Source: Candidatus Moraniibacteriota bacterium
GTDB taxonomy: Bacteria; Patescibacteriota; Minisyncoccia; Moranbacterales; GWC2-37-73
Assembly (NCBI GenBank): GCA_036845785.1
Contig: DAIUDF010000003.1
Span: forward strand, 475 to 64,474
Length of the DNA: 64,000 nt
Reading direction: 5' to 3'
A program made the position numbers and the translations under genes. The notes beneath the pieces are model-generated. The model ran no database searches. It worked only from the letters and a program-made list of their open reading frames with translations, and was not told where the DNA came from. Below, in pieces: positions 18,335-29,205 of this stretch. Each line of letters opens with the position of its first letter. Positions within the stretch are counted from its first letter, which is position 1.

Positions 18335-19750
18335 ATGAAAAAACGATCAGAACTATTGTTCAGCTCAGTACAAATTCCAGTAGACATTACCATGATAGTG
18401 CTGGCAGCGCTGAGCGCTTTTGTCATTCGTGAATTTCCGGTATTTATCGCTCTTCAGCCCAAGCTTTACAATTTTCCTTTGAAAAGTTATTTAGCTGCTG
18501 TCTTCATAGTGGTTCCTTTTTTCGTTTTAACTTATGCGCTGGAGGGCTTATATGATTTGAAAGTCACGCGAAATTTTTGGAAGGAAAGCCTGAAAGTTTT
18601 TTTTGCAACATCCATAGGACTGGTTGTTATAATCGTGGCAATATTTTTAAAACGGGAGTGGTTTTCATCACGTTTCATAATTTTGGTTGCTTGGATTTTG
18701 GCCGTTACGTATGTGACAATTGGCAGATATTTATTGCACAGAATCCAGAGATATTTGCTTGAAAACAAGGGTATAGGCGTACACCGGCTTTTACTCATTG
18801 GCCACAATGGAAAAATAGCACGCATGCAAGAAGTTATAAGAAAAAATTCTTATCTGGGATACCGCATCGTGGGAAACATTGAAACAGCCAGCTTGCATGC
18901 AATCAAAGAAATAAAAGAAATTTCAGGAGTGGATGAAATAATAGTTTGTGATCCAACCCTAACTGATTCCGAACAGACAAAATTGATTGACTATTGCGCC
19001 ATCAATAACATCGCCTATAAATTTATGCCAACAACTTTGCAAACGGCCAAGTTTGAAGCCAGCATTTTTAATGGTGAACCTATAATTGAAATCAAACACA
19101 CTCCGCTGGATGGATGGGGGAAAATTTTGAAGCGAGTTTTCGATGTAGTGGGGTCCGTTATTTTGATTATTATTTTTTCGCCGATCATGCTTTTGGCAGC
19201 CTTGGCGATCTGGCTTGAAACCGGAGGACCTATAATATATAAAAATGAAAGAATGGGCGGCGATGGAAAATTATTTCCTGTTTACAAATTCCGCTATATG
19301 AAAAAAGAGCTTTGCACTGATCCCCACACAGAGGAAGGCAAAAAAGCTTTAGAATACGAAAATAAACTTATTGCTGAAAACTCAATACGAAAAGGGCCAT
19401 TATACAAGATAAAAAATGATCCCCGTAAAACAAAAGTCGGAGCTTTTATTGAAAAATACTCCATTGACGAACTGCCTCAATTTTTCAACGTTTTGGGAGG
19501 CAATATGAGCTTAGTGGGACCGCGTCCGCACCAGAAGCGCGAAATTGAAAAATATAATGAATATCACCGGCGCCTTCTGACCATAAAGCCGGGGATTACG
19601 GGTATGGCGCAAATTTCCGGACGCAGTGATTTGCAGTTTGAAGACGAATATAAATTGGATGTATACTACATTGAAAATTGGTCACTTTGGCTTGATATTC
19701 AAATTTGCCTCAAAACAGTCGGAGTATTGTTTAAAAGAAGGAATAATTAA
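18335..19750 (+). CDS. Undecaprenyl-phosphate sugar phosphotransferase (bacterial sugar transferase family, WbaP/CpsE-like)
   Basis: Multi-TM N-terminus and a C-terminal PQFFNVLGGNMSLVGPRP. The start is set at ATG 18335 to avoid overlap with rnpB. Confidence 0.8.
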   Translation: MKKRSELLFSSVQIPVDITMIVLAALSAFVIREFPVFIALQPKLYNFPLKSYLAAVFIVVPFFVLTYALEGLYDLKVTRNFWKESLKVFFATSIGLVVIIVAIFLKREWFSSRFIILVAWILAVTYVTIGRYLLHRIQRYLLENKGIGVHRLLLIGHNGKIARMQEVIRKNSYLGYRIVGNIETASLHAIKEIKEISGVDEIIVCDPTLTDSEQTKLIDYCAINNIAYKFMPTTLQTAKFEASIFNGEPIIEIKHTPLDGWGKILKRVFDVVGSVILIIIFSPIMLLAALAIWLETGGPIIYKNERMGGDGKLFPVYKFRYMKKELCTDPHTEEGKKALEYENKLIAENSIRKGPLYKIKNDPRKTKVGAFIEKYSIDELPQFFNVLGGNMSLVGPRPHQKREIEKYNEYHRRLLTIKPGITGMAQISGRSDLQFEDEYKLDVYYIENWSLWLDIQICLKTVGVLFKRRNN

Positions 19751-19783
19751 AAGAAACATTAGTGCGTGTTGATAACTGCAAAT

Positions 19784-19812
19784 TTGACAAAAATTCAAAA
19801 TTAGACTATAAT
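19784..19812 (+). promoter_or_regulatory. Consensus sigma70-like promoter (TTGACA-N17-TATAAT) for khpA-trmD-ftsW
   Basis: Perfect hexamers with a 17-nt spacer. Confidence 0.55.
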
Positions 19813-19912
19813 TATAATATAGGTGAGGATAAAAAACAGAAACGGTTTTGGTCGACCGCTCCATATTTTATCCCATTGTTAGTATTAATCAGTAATTAAA
19901 GAAAACACACTT

Positions 19913-20251
19913 ATGACAGACAAAAGAGCAACGGATCAGGAGTTTTTGGAGTTTGCCGTCAAGGCGCTCGTCGACAATCCTGGTGATGTTAAGGTAGAAA
20001 GAAAAATTGATGAAATGGGCGTTCTCATTTCGTTGGATGTGAATCCAGCTGATATGGGGATGGTAATCGGCCGGGAAGGCCAGACTGCCAAAGCTCTCAG
20101 AACAATTCTTAGAGTTATCGGAGCCAGAAACAATGCACGTGTAAACTTGAAAATCAATGAACCAGAAGGTTCTACTCGCGGAGAAAGACAGGAAAAACCG
20201 GCTGCCGAAGAAGGAAAAAAGAGCATTGATGATGTTCTTGGAAACATATAA
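19913..20251 (+). CDS. khpA: KH-domain RNA-binding protein KhpA (UPF0109) with a charged C-terminal tail
   Basis: LVDNPGDVKV…GMVIGREGQTAKALRTIL, a KH domain with GxxG. It has the usual synteny with trmD. Confidence 0.75.
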   Translation: MTDKRATDQEFLEFAVKALVDNPGDVKVERKIDEMGVLISLDVNPADMGMVIGREGQTAKALRTILRVIGARNNARVNLKINEPEGSTRGERQEKPAAEEGKKSIDDVLGNI

Positions 20252-20387
20252 TTTGTTCTCAAAATCTTTACATAACAAAACCCTCGCTTATCGGGGGTTT
20301 TGCGCTTTCTGAAGGGCTTTTTTTGTTTTTTAATGTGTGTTAAAATAATTCTGAAGATTATTTTGGCAGGCGTGAAATAATAACTTT

Positions 20388-21056
20388 ATGATTAAATTTG
20401 ACATAGTAACGATTTTTCCCAATATTTTTACCTCATATTTCAATGAGTCTATTCTTAAGCGCGCGCAAAAAAGCGGTGCAATTGAAATCAATGTTCACAA
20501 CCTGCGCGACTACACGACTGACAAACATAAAACTGTTGACGACACGCCGTATGGCGGAGGAGCGGGAATGGTGCTTAAAGTTGAACCTATCTATCGATGC
20601 ATAAACGCAATAAAGAAACAAAAAACAAGAAACAAGAAACAAACCAGCAGGACAATTCTTTTTTCGGCAAAGGGGAAGACGTATACCCAAAAAGATGCCA
20701 AAAGACTTTCAAAATATGATCAATTAATTTTCATTTGCGGACGCTATGAAGGCGTGGATGAAAGAGTGGCGGAAAAAATTGCAGATGAAGAAATTTCTAT
20801 TGGTGAGTTTGTTCTGACTGGTGGGGAAATTCCGGCCATGGCCATAGTCGATTCGATTGCCCGGTTGCTTCCTGGTGTTTTAGGCAATGAAGAAAGCGCA
20901 AAAATCGAATCACATTCCAAAGAAGGTTATCTGGAGTTTCCGCAATATACCAAACCGGAAGAATTTAATAAATGGAAAGTGCCCAAAATACTTCTTTCCG
21001 GCCATCATGCAGAAATTGAAAAGTGGAGAGAAAAGAAATCAAAATCAAAAAAATAA
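20388..21056 (+). CDS. trmD: tRNA (guanine37-N1)-methyltransferase
   Basis: SPOUT-fold N-terminus [14 protein letters not shown] and GGGAGMV. The protein carries a Lys-rich insertion. Confidence 0.9.
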   Translation: MIKFDIVTIFPNIFTSYFNESILKRAQKSGAIEINVHNLRDYTTDKHKTVDDTPYGGGAGMVLKVEPIYRCINAIKKQKTRNKKQTSRTILFSAKGKTYTQKDAKRLSKYDQLIFICGRYEGVDERVAEKIADEEISIGEFVLTGGEIPAMAIVDSIARLLPGVLGNEESAKIESHSKEGYLEFPQYTKPEEFNKWKVPKILLSGHHAEIEKWREKKSKSKK

Positions 21057-21072
21057 ATTTTGTTTTTAATTT

Positions 21073-22182
21073 ATGCCTTTTAAGAACGGAGATAAAACTT
21101 TATTCACAATCGTCATGATCCTCCTGATTTTTGGCTTGGTCATGATTTCCAGCGCGGGCGTGATTTATTCCGAAACGCGTTTTGCCGATGCATATTATTT
21201 TTTCCAGCGCCAGCTTATTTACGGAGTTGTTCCTGGACTCTTGGCTTTGTTTGTCTGTTCCCGCATTGACTACCATTTTTGGAAAAAAATTTCCGTCATA
21301 TTCTTTTTTGCTTCGATAATTTTTTTAGTGCTGGTTTTCGTGCCAGGGGTTGGAACGAAGGTTTATGGCGCCAGTCGTTGGATATTTCTTGGGCCTTTTT
21401 CTTTTCAACCTTCAGAAATGGCTAAACTTTCAATAATAATCTATTTGGCGGCATGGCTCGAAAGCCGGGGAAAGCATCGCATCAAAGATTTTTTTGAGGG
21501 TTTTCTGCCTTTCTTGGGAATCATGGGTCTCATGGGACTTTTGATTATGAAACAGCCGGACACAGGAACTCTGGGTGTTATTGTTTTGACTTCCATTGCC
21601 ATTTTTTTTGTGGCTGGCGCCAGTTTCAAACACATTGCTTCTATTGGCGGACTAGGCCTGCTGTTTCTCTGGATATTAATTAAGATTGAGCCCTATCGTT
21701 TCAATCGCATCCTGGCTTTTCTTGATCCCCGGAGCGATCCGCAAGGAATTGGCTATCAGATCAATCAAGCGCTTTTGGCGATTGGCACAGGCGGAATATT
21801 CGGAGTGGGCTTAGGACAAAGCCGGCAAAAATTCAATTATTTGCCCGAACCGGTCGGCGATTCAATATTTGCTATAATCGGAGAAGAACTGGGTCTAATT
21901 GGAGCAACAGCCCTGATAATATTGTTTGTTTTGCTGGCTATGCGCGGTATCAAAATTGCCAAGAACGCACCGGATGTTTTTGGAAAACTTTTAGCAGTCG
22001 GCATTATAATGTGGATAGTTTTTCAGGCCTTTATAAATATCAGCGCCAATATTGCTTTGGTTCCGCTGACCGGCATTCCGCTTCCTTTCATAAGCTATGG
22101 CGGAACTTCACTGGTTTTTTTGATGGCTGGAATTGGAATTTTGCTGAATATTTCAAAGCATGCAAATATGGGTAAAAATTAG
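21073..22182 (+). CDS. ftsW: SEDS-family peptidoglycan glycosyltransferase FtsW
   Basis: A 10-TM SEDS protein, assigned as FtsW because it lies directly upstream of murG-murC. Confidence 0.75.
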   Translation: MPFKNGDKTLFTIVMILLIFGLVMISSAGVIYSETRFADAYYFFQRQLIYGVVPGLLALFVCSRIDYHFWKKISVIFFFASIIFLVLVFVPGVGTKVYGASRWIFLGPFSFQPSEMAKLSIIIYLAAWLESRGKHRIKDFFEGFLPFLGIMGLMGLLIMKQPDTGTLGVIVLTSIAIFFVAGASFKHIASIGGLGLLFLWILIKIEPYRFNRILAFLDPRSDPQGIGYQINQALLAIGTGGIFGVGLGQSRQKFNYLPEPVGDSIFAIIGEELGLIGATALIILFVLLAMRGIKIAKNAPDVFGKLLAVGIIMWIVFQAFINISANIALVPLTGIPLPFISYGGTSLVFLMAGIGILLNISKHANMGKN

Positions 22183-22241
22183 GCTAATTTTGGATTTTTC
22201 TATATAATATTAATATGATAAACATATAAAACACGAAGCAT

Positions 22242-22360
22242 GAAATCCTAATCTCTAAACAATATCCAAATTCAAATGACAAAAATTCTAAATGTTTTGA
22301 ATTTATAATTTTAAGAATTAGAATTTGTTTAGAATTTCGAAATTATAATTTAGAGTTTTT
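22242..22360. repeat. ~115-nt hairpin-prone intergenic element, copy B (between ftsW and murG)
   Basis: About 85% identical to 1133-1248. Confidence 0.6.
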
Positions 22361-22388
22361 AAAATAATTTATATAAATAATTTTAACT

Positions 22389-23498
22389 ATGCGTATAGTA
22401 TTAACAGGCGGGGGAACAGGCGGGCATCTAACACCGCTCATAGCAGTGGCTGACAAATTAAAAACAAAACTCGGCCATGAAGTTGAGTTTTTATACATCG
22501 GCTCGGGCGCGGAAATGGAAAAACAAATGATGAGCGAAGCCGGCATAAAAGTCAAATCAGTGCTGGCTGGAAAAATGCGCCGCTATTTTTCTCTGATGAA
22601 TTTTGTAGATTTTTTTAAAGTGCCAATCGGTTTTTTCCAGTCTTTATGGATGCTGCTGTGGTTCATGCCGGATGTTGTTTTTTCCAAAGGAGGCTATGTG
22701 GCCGTACCTATTGTTTTGGCGGCTTGGCTATATCGGATCCCGATACTTATTCATGAATCAGACAGTACGCCCGGAGTTGCCAATCAATTTTTAGCCAAAT
22801 TTGCCACTCGGATTGCCGTCGCGTATCCTTCCGCTGAAGCATATTTTCCCAAAAACAAGACAGCTTTAATCGGAAACCCGATCCGTTTTGAAGTAACCGA
22901 AGGCAATTCGGAAATGTTGAGAGAAAAACTGGGTTTTACTTTTTCTAAAAAAACCATTTTGGTTTTAGGCGGCAGCCAGGGAGCAAAAATAATTAACGAT
23001 GCAATAGTGCATATTTTGCCGAAATTGCTTCCATATTACCAGATTATTCATCAGACAGGAGAAAAACATTTTGAAAGAGTGGAAAAGGAAGCTGCCTTTA
23101 TGGGAGTTAAAATAGGACGGGAAGGCTATTTTGCGACTCCTTTTATGAATGCCAATGAACTTAGAGATGCCTTTATGTTAAGCGATTTAGTCATCAGTCG
23201 GGCCGGAGCCGCTTTCATAACTGAAATTGCAGCCAATAATAAGCCGGCAATTCTGATTCCGATTGCGGAAAGCGCCAATGACCACCAAAGGATGAATGCC
23301 TATGCGCTGGCGCGCATTGGTGCGGCCATAGTTTTAGAAGAAACTAATTTAGGCGAACATATGCTTATTAATAATATCAATAAAATTTTTAATGACGATG
23401 GATTAAGAAGGATGATGGTTAAAAAAATCAAAACTTTCTATCATCCAAATGCAGCAGAAGTAATCAGCAACAGCCTTGTGGAAATTGCGCGTTCATAA
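22389..23498 (+). CDS. murG: Undecaprenyldiphospho-muramoylpentapeptide beta-N-acetylglucosaminyltransferase MurG
   Basis: N-terminal GGGTGGH glycosyltransferase motif, 369 aa. Confidence 0.9.
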   Translation: MRIVLTGGGTGGHLTPLIAVADKLKTKLGHEVEFLYIGSGAEMEKQMMSEAGIKVKSVLAGKMRRYFSLMNFVDFFKVPIGFFQSLWMLLWFMPDVVFSKGGYVAVPIVLAAWLYRIPILIHESDSTPGVANQFLAKFATRIAVAYPSAEAYFPKNKTALIGNPIRFEVTEGNSEMLREKLGFTFSKKTILVLGGSQGAKIINDAIVHILPKLLPYYQIIHQTGEKHFERVEKEAAFMGVKIGREGYFATPFMNANELRDAFMLSDLVISRAGAAFITEIAANNKPAILIPIAESANDHQRMNAYALARIGAAIVLEETNLGEHMLINNINKIFNDDGLRRMMVKKIKTFYHPNAAEVISNSLVEIARS

Positions 23499-23515
23499 AA
23501 TATAAATTTAATTTT

Positions 23516-24913
23516 ATGAAAAGCCGAAATTCTAAGAATAAAAAAGTCTATATTGTGGGCATTGAAGGCGCAGGCACGTCTGCTTTGGCGCAGCTGTATA
23601 AAAAAATGGGATATGATGTTTCCGGCAGTGATAATGGCGATCATTTCTACCAGCGCGTCCTAAAAGGCAAGGGGATAAAAGTGTTTAATGAATTCAAAAA
23701 AAGCAACATACCAACAGACGTTGATTTTGCTGTGCGATCTACTGCTTTTCGGGACGATAATCTGGAAATAGCAGAAATTAAAAAAAGAAATATCTTGCTG
23801 CTGGATTATCCTCAGGCTTTGGGGCAGTTGTTTAATGAAAAAATGGGAATAGCAGTTTGTGGAACCCATGGAAAAACCACCACCACTGCCTTATTGGGCA
23901 AGGCTTTCGAATTGGCCGGAATTGATCCAACTGTGCTGGTAGGCAGCAATGTGATTGACTGGGAAAGCAACGTGCTCACAGGCCAAGGGGAATATTTTGC
24001 AGCCGAAGCGGATGAATATCAAAATAAATTGATATATTACAATCCATGGTCGGCCATTCTGACCAGTGTCGACTGGGATCATCCGGATTTTTTTCCGAAT
24101 TTTTCCGAATACAAACAGGTCTTTCGTGATTTTGTGGCCAAACTTCCCAAAACCGGATTTTTGATTGTCTGGGGAGACAGCAGCGACACACTGGATGTCT
24201 CGACCAGTGCAAATTGTAAAGTATTGACCTTTGGTTTTTCGGAAGATTGCGACTACAAAATCAGCAATCAGCAATCTGTGGACGGCGATCAGGAAAAGAT
24301 CCAGCAATTTGAAATTTTTTACAAGGAAGAAAGCCTGGGAGTTTTTGAAACGTCGCTGGTCGGCAAACACAACATTCTCAATGCTGGTTCAGTGATTGCT
24401 CTTTGCCACCAAATGCAGCTGGATCTCCAGAAAGTAAAAATTGCTCTCAAAAATTTTAAGGGTGCAACGCGCCGTTTTGAAAAAATCGGGACGTTCAAAG
24501 AAGCAATTCTTATTGATGATTATGCGCATCATCCCGATGAAATCCAGGCAACGCTCCGGGGCGCGCGGCAAATTTTCGGAGAAAACAAAAGAATTTGGAC
24601 AGTTTTCCACCCGCACACTTTCACTCGCACCAAGGCGCTGCTTTCGGAATTCGCCCAAAGTTTTGATGACACCGACAAAGCCATCATTATTGACATATAT
24701 GGCAGTGCGCGCGAACAACAAGGCGGAGTTTCTTCGAATGATTTGGTTGAACTCATTAACACTTATAATCGCGATAAAGCGGAATATATTCCCACCATTG
24801 AGGAAACAGTGGAATATTTGCGGGAAAAATCGGGCCAATATGATATTCTCATAACCATGGGTGCCGGCGATGTTTGGAAAATCGGAGATAAATTAAAAAA
24901 TTTGCCCTGTTAA
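23516..24913 (+). CDS. murC: UDP-N-acetylmuramate--L-alanine ligase MurC
   Basis: GIEGAGTSALA and GTHGKTTTT Mur ligase motifs. Confidence 0.9.
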   Translation: MKSRNSKNKKVYIVGIEGAGTSALAQLYKKMGYDVSGSDNGDHFYQRVLKGKGIKVFNEFKKSNIPTDVDFAVRSTAFRDDNLEIAEIKKRNILLLDYPQALGQLFNEKMGIAVCGTHGKTTTTALLGKAFELAGIDPTVLVGSNVIDWESNVLTGQGEYFAAEADEYQNKLIYYNPWSAILTSVDWDHPDFFPNFSEYKQVFRDFVAKLPKTGFLIVWGDSSDTLDVSTSANCKVLTFGFSEDCDYKISNQQSVDGDQEKIQQFEIFYKEESLGVFETSLVGKHNILNAGSVIALCHQMQLDLQKVKIALKNFKGATRRFEKIGTFKEAILIDDYAHHPDEIQATLRGARQIFGENKRIWTVFHPHTFTRTKALLSEFAQSFDDTDKAIIIDIYGSAREQQGGVSSNDLVELINTYNRDKAEYIPTIEETVEYLREKSGQYDILITMGAGDVWKIGDKLKNLPC

Positions 24914-24949
24914 ATTACGCAAAGAGATTTAACAGGATAAATAAAAATA

Positions 24950-26695
24950 ATGAAAAATGTTTTCCGAAAAAATAAATTTATAACCCGGATTATTTTTTTC
25001 TTGGCAATAATTTTTATTTTTCCTTGCTCGGTTTTTGCTGGGCAAAATCTCAATGATTGGGAAATTATGGAATTTAATTCTGTTATTACTGTTAATAAAA
25101 ATTCTACCTTGGATATTGTTGAAACTATAAAAGCTAATTGTGGTGACGCACTAGATAAGCATGGAATATTTAGAATTTTGCCAACCAGAATAAAAATAAG
25201 AGACGGAACAACCATTGAAACACCAATAAAACTTTTGGAAATCACGGATGAAAAAGGAAAATCATATAAATTTCAGGAAACACAAAATTTTTCCGACAAA
25301 ACAATTACCTGGAAAATAGGTGATGCAAACACAATTGTGCAAGGGATAAATATTTATAAAATTCATTACACTGTCAAAAATGCCATCCGTTTCGGCAATC
25401 AAAATTTTGATGAATTTTATTGGAATCTTAATGGCAATTTTTGGGATTTACAAACGGACAAATTCCACGCATCCATAATTTTTCCTCAGGAAATAAATTC
25501 GCAGAACACAACCGTTGACTATTATACCGGAGCGTTAGGCAGCAAAAGCAAAGATTTGGCAACCTACAGATGGGGCGCCTCAAATGTTCTGGAGTTTGAT
25601 TCAATAAAAATGTTCAATGTGCATCAAGGAGTGACGGTTTCCGCCACTTTCCCTAAAAACATTTTTATGCCCTATCGTTTTAGTTTTTCAGAACTGCTTG
25701 CTAGATATGCCTTTTTGGCAATTCCTTTGGTAACCTTTATTATCTGTTTTTTCTTGTGGTATAAATACGGCAAAGATCCGAAAGTGGATAAAACTGTAAT
25801 TCCGGAATATGATGCGCCGGGCAATTTAAGCCCGATCGAACTTGGAATGCTGATGAAAAACGGAAGATTTGACAATAATCTGATCACGGCTGAAATAATC
25901 TATTTTGCGACGCGCGGAATCATAACTATAAAAGAAACTTCAGAAAAAATACTTTTTTTTAATAGCAAAGATTATGAACTTGAAAAAAAACAAAATTCAG
26001 AATCAGAACAAAAAATAAATGAAGCGCAAAAAATGATTTTGAAATGCATATTTGACAGCAAACAAAAAAGGAAGCTTTCGGAACTCAGGGATTCTTTCTT
26101 TGCGCACATTAATGATATAAAAGAATTAACGGAAAAAATATTAAAAGATAAGGGTTTAATTGTTCCAACAGGTCTGCATCTTGGTATTTTTTTGAAAATT
26201 CTTGGCTTTTTGGGCTTATGGGCAGCTTTTGTTCTTTTTGGAAAATCATTAACAACATTAGGTATTGGTTTAGCTCTTTCTGTGGTAATAATTTTCTTTT
26301 TCAGTTTTATTATGCCCAAAAGAACTTTAGCCGGTGCTAATTTAAATTGGGAAATCAAGGGATTTAAGCTATTTATGGAAACAGTCGACAAGGATCGGGC
26401 GAAGTTTTATGAAAAAGAAAACATTTTTGAAAAATTTCTGCCCTATGCGATTGTTTTCGGGATAACTAAGGAATGGATAAAAAGAATGGAAGAAATATAC
26501 GGAAAGGATTTTTACAACACTTATGCCCCGGCTTGGTATGTGGGAAGCATGGCTTCATTTGACGCGAACAGTTTTGTCAGCGCTATGGATAGTTTGTCTT
26601 CAGACATTTCTTCCAATACTTCAGCGCCTTCCGGGTCGGGCGGCGGCGGTAGTGCTGGCGGAGGCGGCGGTGGCGGAGGCGGTGGCGGCTGGTAA
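24950..26695 (+). CDS. DUF2207-like membrane protein with a C-terminal poly-Gly tail
   Basis: Signal peptide, a large extracytoplasmic domain, TM helices and a terminal SGSGGGGSAGGGGGGGGGGGW, which is typical of the DUF2207 family. Confidence 0.5.
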   Translation: MKNVFRKNKFITRIIFFLAIIFIFPCSVFAGQNLNDWEIMEFNSVITVNKNSTLDIVETIKANCGDALDKHGIFRILPTRIKIRDGTTIETPIKLLEITDEKGKSYKFQETQNFSDKTITWKIGDANTIVQGINIYKIHYTVKNAIRFGNQNFDEFYWNLNGNFWDLQTDKFHASIIFPQEINSQNTTVDYYTGALGSKSKDLATYRWGASNVLEFDSIKMFNVHQGVTVSATFPKNIFMPYRFSFSELLARYAFLAIPLVTFIICFFLWYKYGKDPKVDKTVIPEYDAPGNLSPIELGMLMKNGRFDNNLITAEIIYFATRGIITIKETSEKILFFNSKDYELEKKQNSESEQKINEAQKMILKCIFDSKQKRKLSELRDSFFAHINDIKELTEKILKDKGLIVPTGLHLGIFLKILGFLGLWAAFVLFGKSLTTLGIGLALSVVIIFFFSFIMPKRTLAGANLNWEIKGFKLFMETVDKDRAKFYEKENIFEKFLPYAIVFGITKEWIKRMEEIYGKDFYNTYAPAWYVGSMASFDANSFVSAMDSLSSDISSNTSAPSGSGGGGSAGGGGGGGGGGGW

Positions 26696-26773
26696 GCTTT
26701 CCAACTTAAAATATTTTCTATTTTCTTTTGTACTATTATCTGGCTTTGAATTTATAAATTTTAAACCAGAAAT

Positions 26774-27553
26774 ATGCTTGTCTTTGCAGCTATAATGCCT
26801 CATCCGCCAGAAAGTATTCCGGGCATCGGAAAGCCGGGGAGTTTTGGTCTTATAAAAAAAACTCTTGATGCTTTTGAAAAACTTAGAATTGGCCTTGAAA
26901 AAGCTGATCCGGAAACAATTGTCATAATTTCTCCCCATGCCTATTCTGAGGAATATACTTTCGTGATAAATTCTGCCAGCGAACTCAGGGGAAACCTGAG
27001 AGAAATTGGATCAAACAAAGAGTATAAATATGCCAATGATTCTAAAATTACCGATGAGCTGAATTTTTTGTGCCTGCAAAAAGAGCTGATGGCGAGACTG
27101 CATCCAAGCCTTTTAGATTATGGAGCATTGATTCCTCTCTATCATTTGACTAAAAATATCAGGCCTAAGGTTGTGCATCTGGCTTTTTCGATGATGAGTT
27201 ATGAATTCCACTATCGCTACGGAGAAACTTTGCAAAAAATAATTGAAAATTCCGGCCGCAGAGTGGCAATTATTGCCAGTGGCAACCTTTCGCACAGATT
27301 GACTCCGGATTCGCCGGCTGGTTTTTATCCAAAGGCCAAGGAATTTGATAAAAAAGTCATTCGTTATCTGGAAAACAATGAAATATCCGAACTCATGCTT
27401 TTGGATAAAAGAAACATAACTAAATCGGCTGAATGCGGATTGCGTCCGATCATGATTCTTTTAGGGGCATTGCATGGCAAAAAATATAAATTCAATCTTT
27501 TAAGTTATGAATATCCGACCGGTATTGGCTATCTGACAGCCAGACTATTGTAA
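26774..27553 (+). CDS. LigB-family protein (class III extradiol dioxygenase / YgiD / MEMO1-like)
   Basis: Its architecture resembles YgiD (…SPHAY… and ASGNLSHRL…). Confidence 0.5.
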   Translation: MLVFAAIMPHPPESIPGIGKPGSFGLIKKTLDAFEKLRIGLEKADPETIVIISPHAYSEEYTFVINSASELRGNLREIGSNKEYKYANDSKITDELNFLCLQKELMARLHPSLLDYGALIPLYHLTKNIRPKVVHLAFSMMSYEFHYRYGETLQKIIENSGRRVAIIASGNLSHRLTPDSPAGFYPKAKEFDKKVIRYLENNEISELMLLDKRNITKSAECGLRPIMILLGALHGKKYKFNLLSYEYPTGIGYLTARLL

Positions 27554-27568
27554 AAATTACAAATTTTC

Positions 27569-27608
27569 AAATGCCAAGCTGTTTTTTTGTTTGGCATTTG
27601 TTTTTTTT
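27569..27608 (+). terminator. Rho-independent terminator
   Basis: aaatgccaa…ttggcattt 9-bp stem followed by gtttttttt. Confidence 0.55.
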
Positions 27609-27625
27609 ATGATCTGTTATTTTAG

Positions 27626-27654
27626 TTGCCGAAAGCTGAAAATATTGGTAAAAT
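27626..27654 (+). promoter_or_regulatory. Promoter (TTGCCG-N17-TAAAAT) upstream of the rnh and ABC/adaptor genes
   Basis: Hexamers read from the sequence. Confidence 0.35.
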
Positions 27655-27666
27655 AGGAGCAAGGTT

Positions 27667-28098
27667 ATGGAACAAAAAATCGTAATGTATACTGACGGCG
27701 GATCCAGAAATAATCCGGGTCCGGCAGCTGTTGGTGTGTATCTGGAAACACTTCGCAAACAATACGGGCATTATATTGGCGAAAAAACCAATAACGAAGC
27801 CGAATATGAAGCGGTGATTTTCGGGCTCAAAAAAATCAAACAGCTTATTGGCAATGACAAAGCCAAGGACTATTCCATCGAATGCTATTTGGACAGCGAG
27901 TTTGTCACCAAACAACTGAAGCATGAATATAAAGTCAAAGAAGAACGCATTCAAAAGTTGTTTTTGGAAGTCTGGAATTTGATTTTGGATTTTAAATCTG
28001 TGTCTTTCAATCACATTTTGCGTGAAAAAAATAAAATTGCCGATGCGCTGGTCAATGAAGCATTGGACAATCAAAACAAGCAAAATACTTTATTATAA
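27667..28098 (+). CDS. Ribonuclease H (RNase HI-like)
   Basis: YTDGGSRNNPGPAAVG … NNEAEYEA … DSEFV, matching the DEDD catalytic residues of the RNase H fold. Confidence 0.8.
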   Translation: MEQKIVMYTDGGSRNNPGPAAVGVYLETLRKQYGHYIGEKTNNEAEYEAVIFGLKKIKQLIGNDKAKDYSIECYLDSEFVTKQLKHEYKVKEERIQKLFLEVWNLILDFKSVSFNHILREKNKIADALVNEALDNQNKQNTLL

Positions 28099-28116
28099 AT
28101 ATAAAATAAAAATTTT

Positions 28117-29136
28117 ATGGCGAAAGCAAAGAAATGGACAATCTGGATTTTAATAGTCGCAGCAATAATCGGCGGTGTTTTTTGGTATGTGAAAAGTCGG
28201 GAACCAAAAACAACCTATACCACCGCAGATGTTACAAAAGGAACTTTGGCTCAGACAGTTTCCGTAACCGGAAAATTAGTAGCCAAGGAGCAAGCCGATC
28301 TGTCTTTCAAGATCAGCGGGCGGATTGAAAAAATGTATGTTGATATCGGCGATAAAGTCGAAAAAGGACAGAAAATTGCCACAATCGACAAAGGCTCTCT
28401 GGACGAACAACTCTATCAGGCACAGCAAGACCTGAAGGCGCAACGCAACACCCTTTATTCGATGAAAAGGAATAAGTCCGGCTATAATTGGGCGCAAAAA
28501 GACGCTCAAAGAGCGGTGGTTAAAAAAGCCGAAGCGGCTGTTGATATTATTCAGGAACAAATTGCCGAAACCACTCTCTATTCTCCAATCAGCGGAATAG
28601 TGATTACAAAAAATGTGGACGAAGGCGAAACGACGGTGGCCAATGCTGTGACCGCCAACACTTCGGTGGTGACAATCGCCAGAGAAGGCGAACTGGAAGT
28701 GCAAGCCAATATTCCTGAATCAGATATTGTCAAAATAGCTTTAGGGCAAAAAGCCAATGTAACGCTGGATGCTTTCAGTGCGGAGGATATTTTTTCAGCT
28801 GAAATTGTTGAAATTGAACCATCGTCCACAGTCATTCAGGATGTAGTCTATTATAAAATCAAGCTCAAGTTTCCTGCCTATGATGAAAGATTCAAGAATG
28901 GCATGAGCGCCAACATTGACGTGCACACGGCGGAAAAAGAAAATGTGCTTATGATTCCTGCTCGCGCAATCAAGGAAGACGGCAAGAAAAAATATGTGGA
29001 AGTTCTGAAAGTCGACGGCATTACGACAGAAAAAGTTTATATTGAAACAGATTTGGAAGGTGATGAAGGTATGGTGGAAGTAACATCCGGCCTTAAGGGC
29101 GGGGAAAAAGTCGTGACCTTTGTGACGACAAAATAA
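28117..29136 (+). CDS. Efflux transporter periplasmic adaptor subunit (HlyD/MacA-like membrane fusion protein)
   Basis: N-terminal TM helix, a biotin-lipoyl-like half, a coiled coil and a beta-barrel domain. An ABC ATPase and FtsX-type permeases lie downstream. Confidence 0.75.
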   Translation: MAKAKKWTIWILIVAAIIGGVFWYVKSREPKTTYTTADVTKGTLAQTVSVTGKLVAKEQADLSFKISGRIEKMYVDIGDKVEKGQKIATIDKGSLDEQLYQAQQDLKAQRNTLYSMKRNKSGYNWAQKDAQRAVVKKAEAAVDIIQEQIAETTLYSPISGIVITKNVDEGETTVANAVTANTSVVTIAREGELEVQANIPESDIVKIALGQKANVTLDAFSAEDIFSAEIVEIEPSSTVIQDVVYYKIKLKFPAYDERFKNGMSANIDVHTAEKENVLMIPARAIKEDGKKKYVEVLKVDGITTEKVYIETDLEGDEGMVEVTSGLKGGEKVVTFVTTK

Positions 29137-29205
29137 AAAAACAACTCGCTTTTGCTAACTAAAATATAAAAGTTAGTTTCCGCGAGTTGTTGTGAATTAA
29201 TGAAG

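Noticed and set aside
17804-18426. Track ORFs 17804..18061(+) and 18175..18426(-) as protein-coding genes
   Set aside because: They lie entirely within the RNase P RNA, whose conserved motifs and P1 pairing are unambiguous, and they have no start or SD context.
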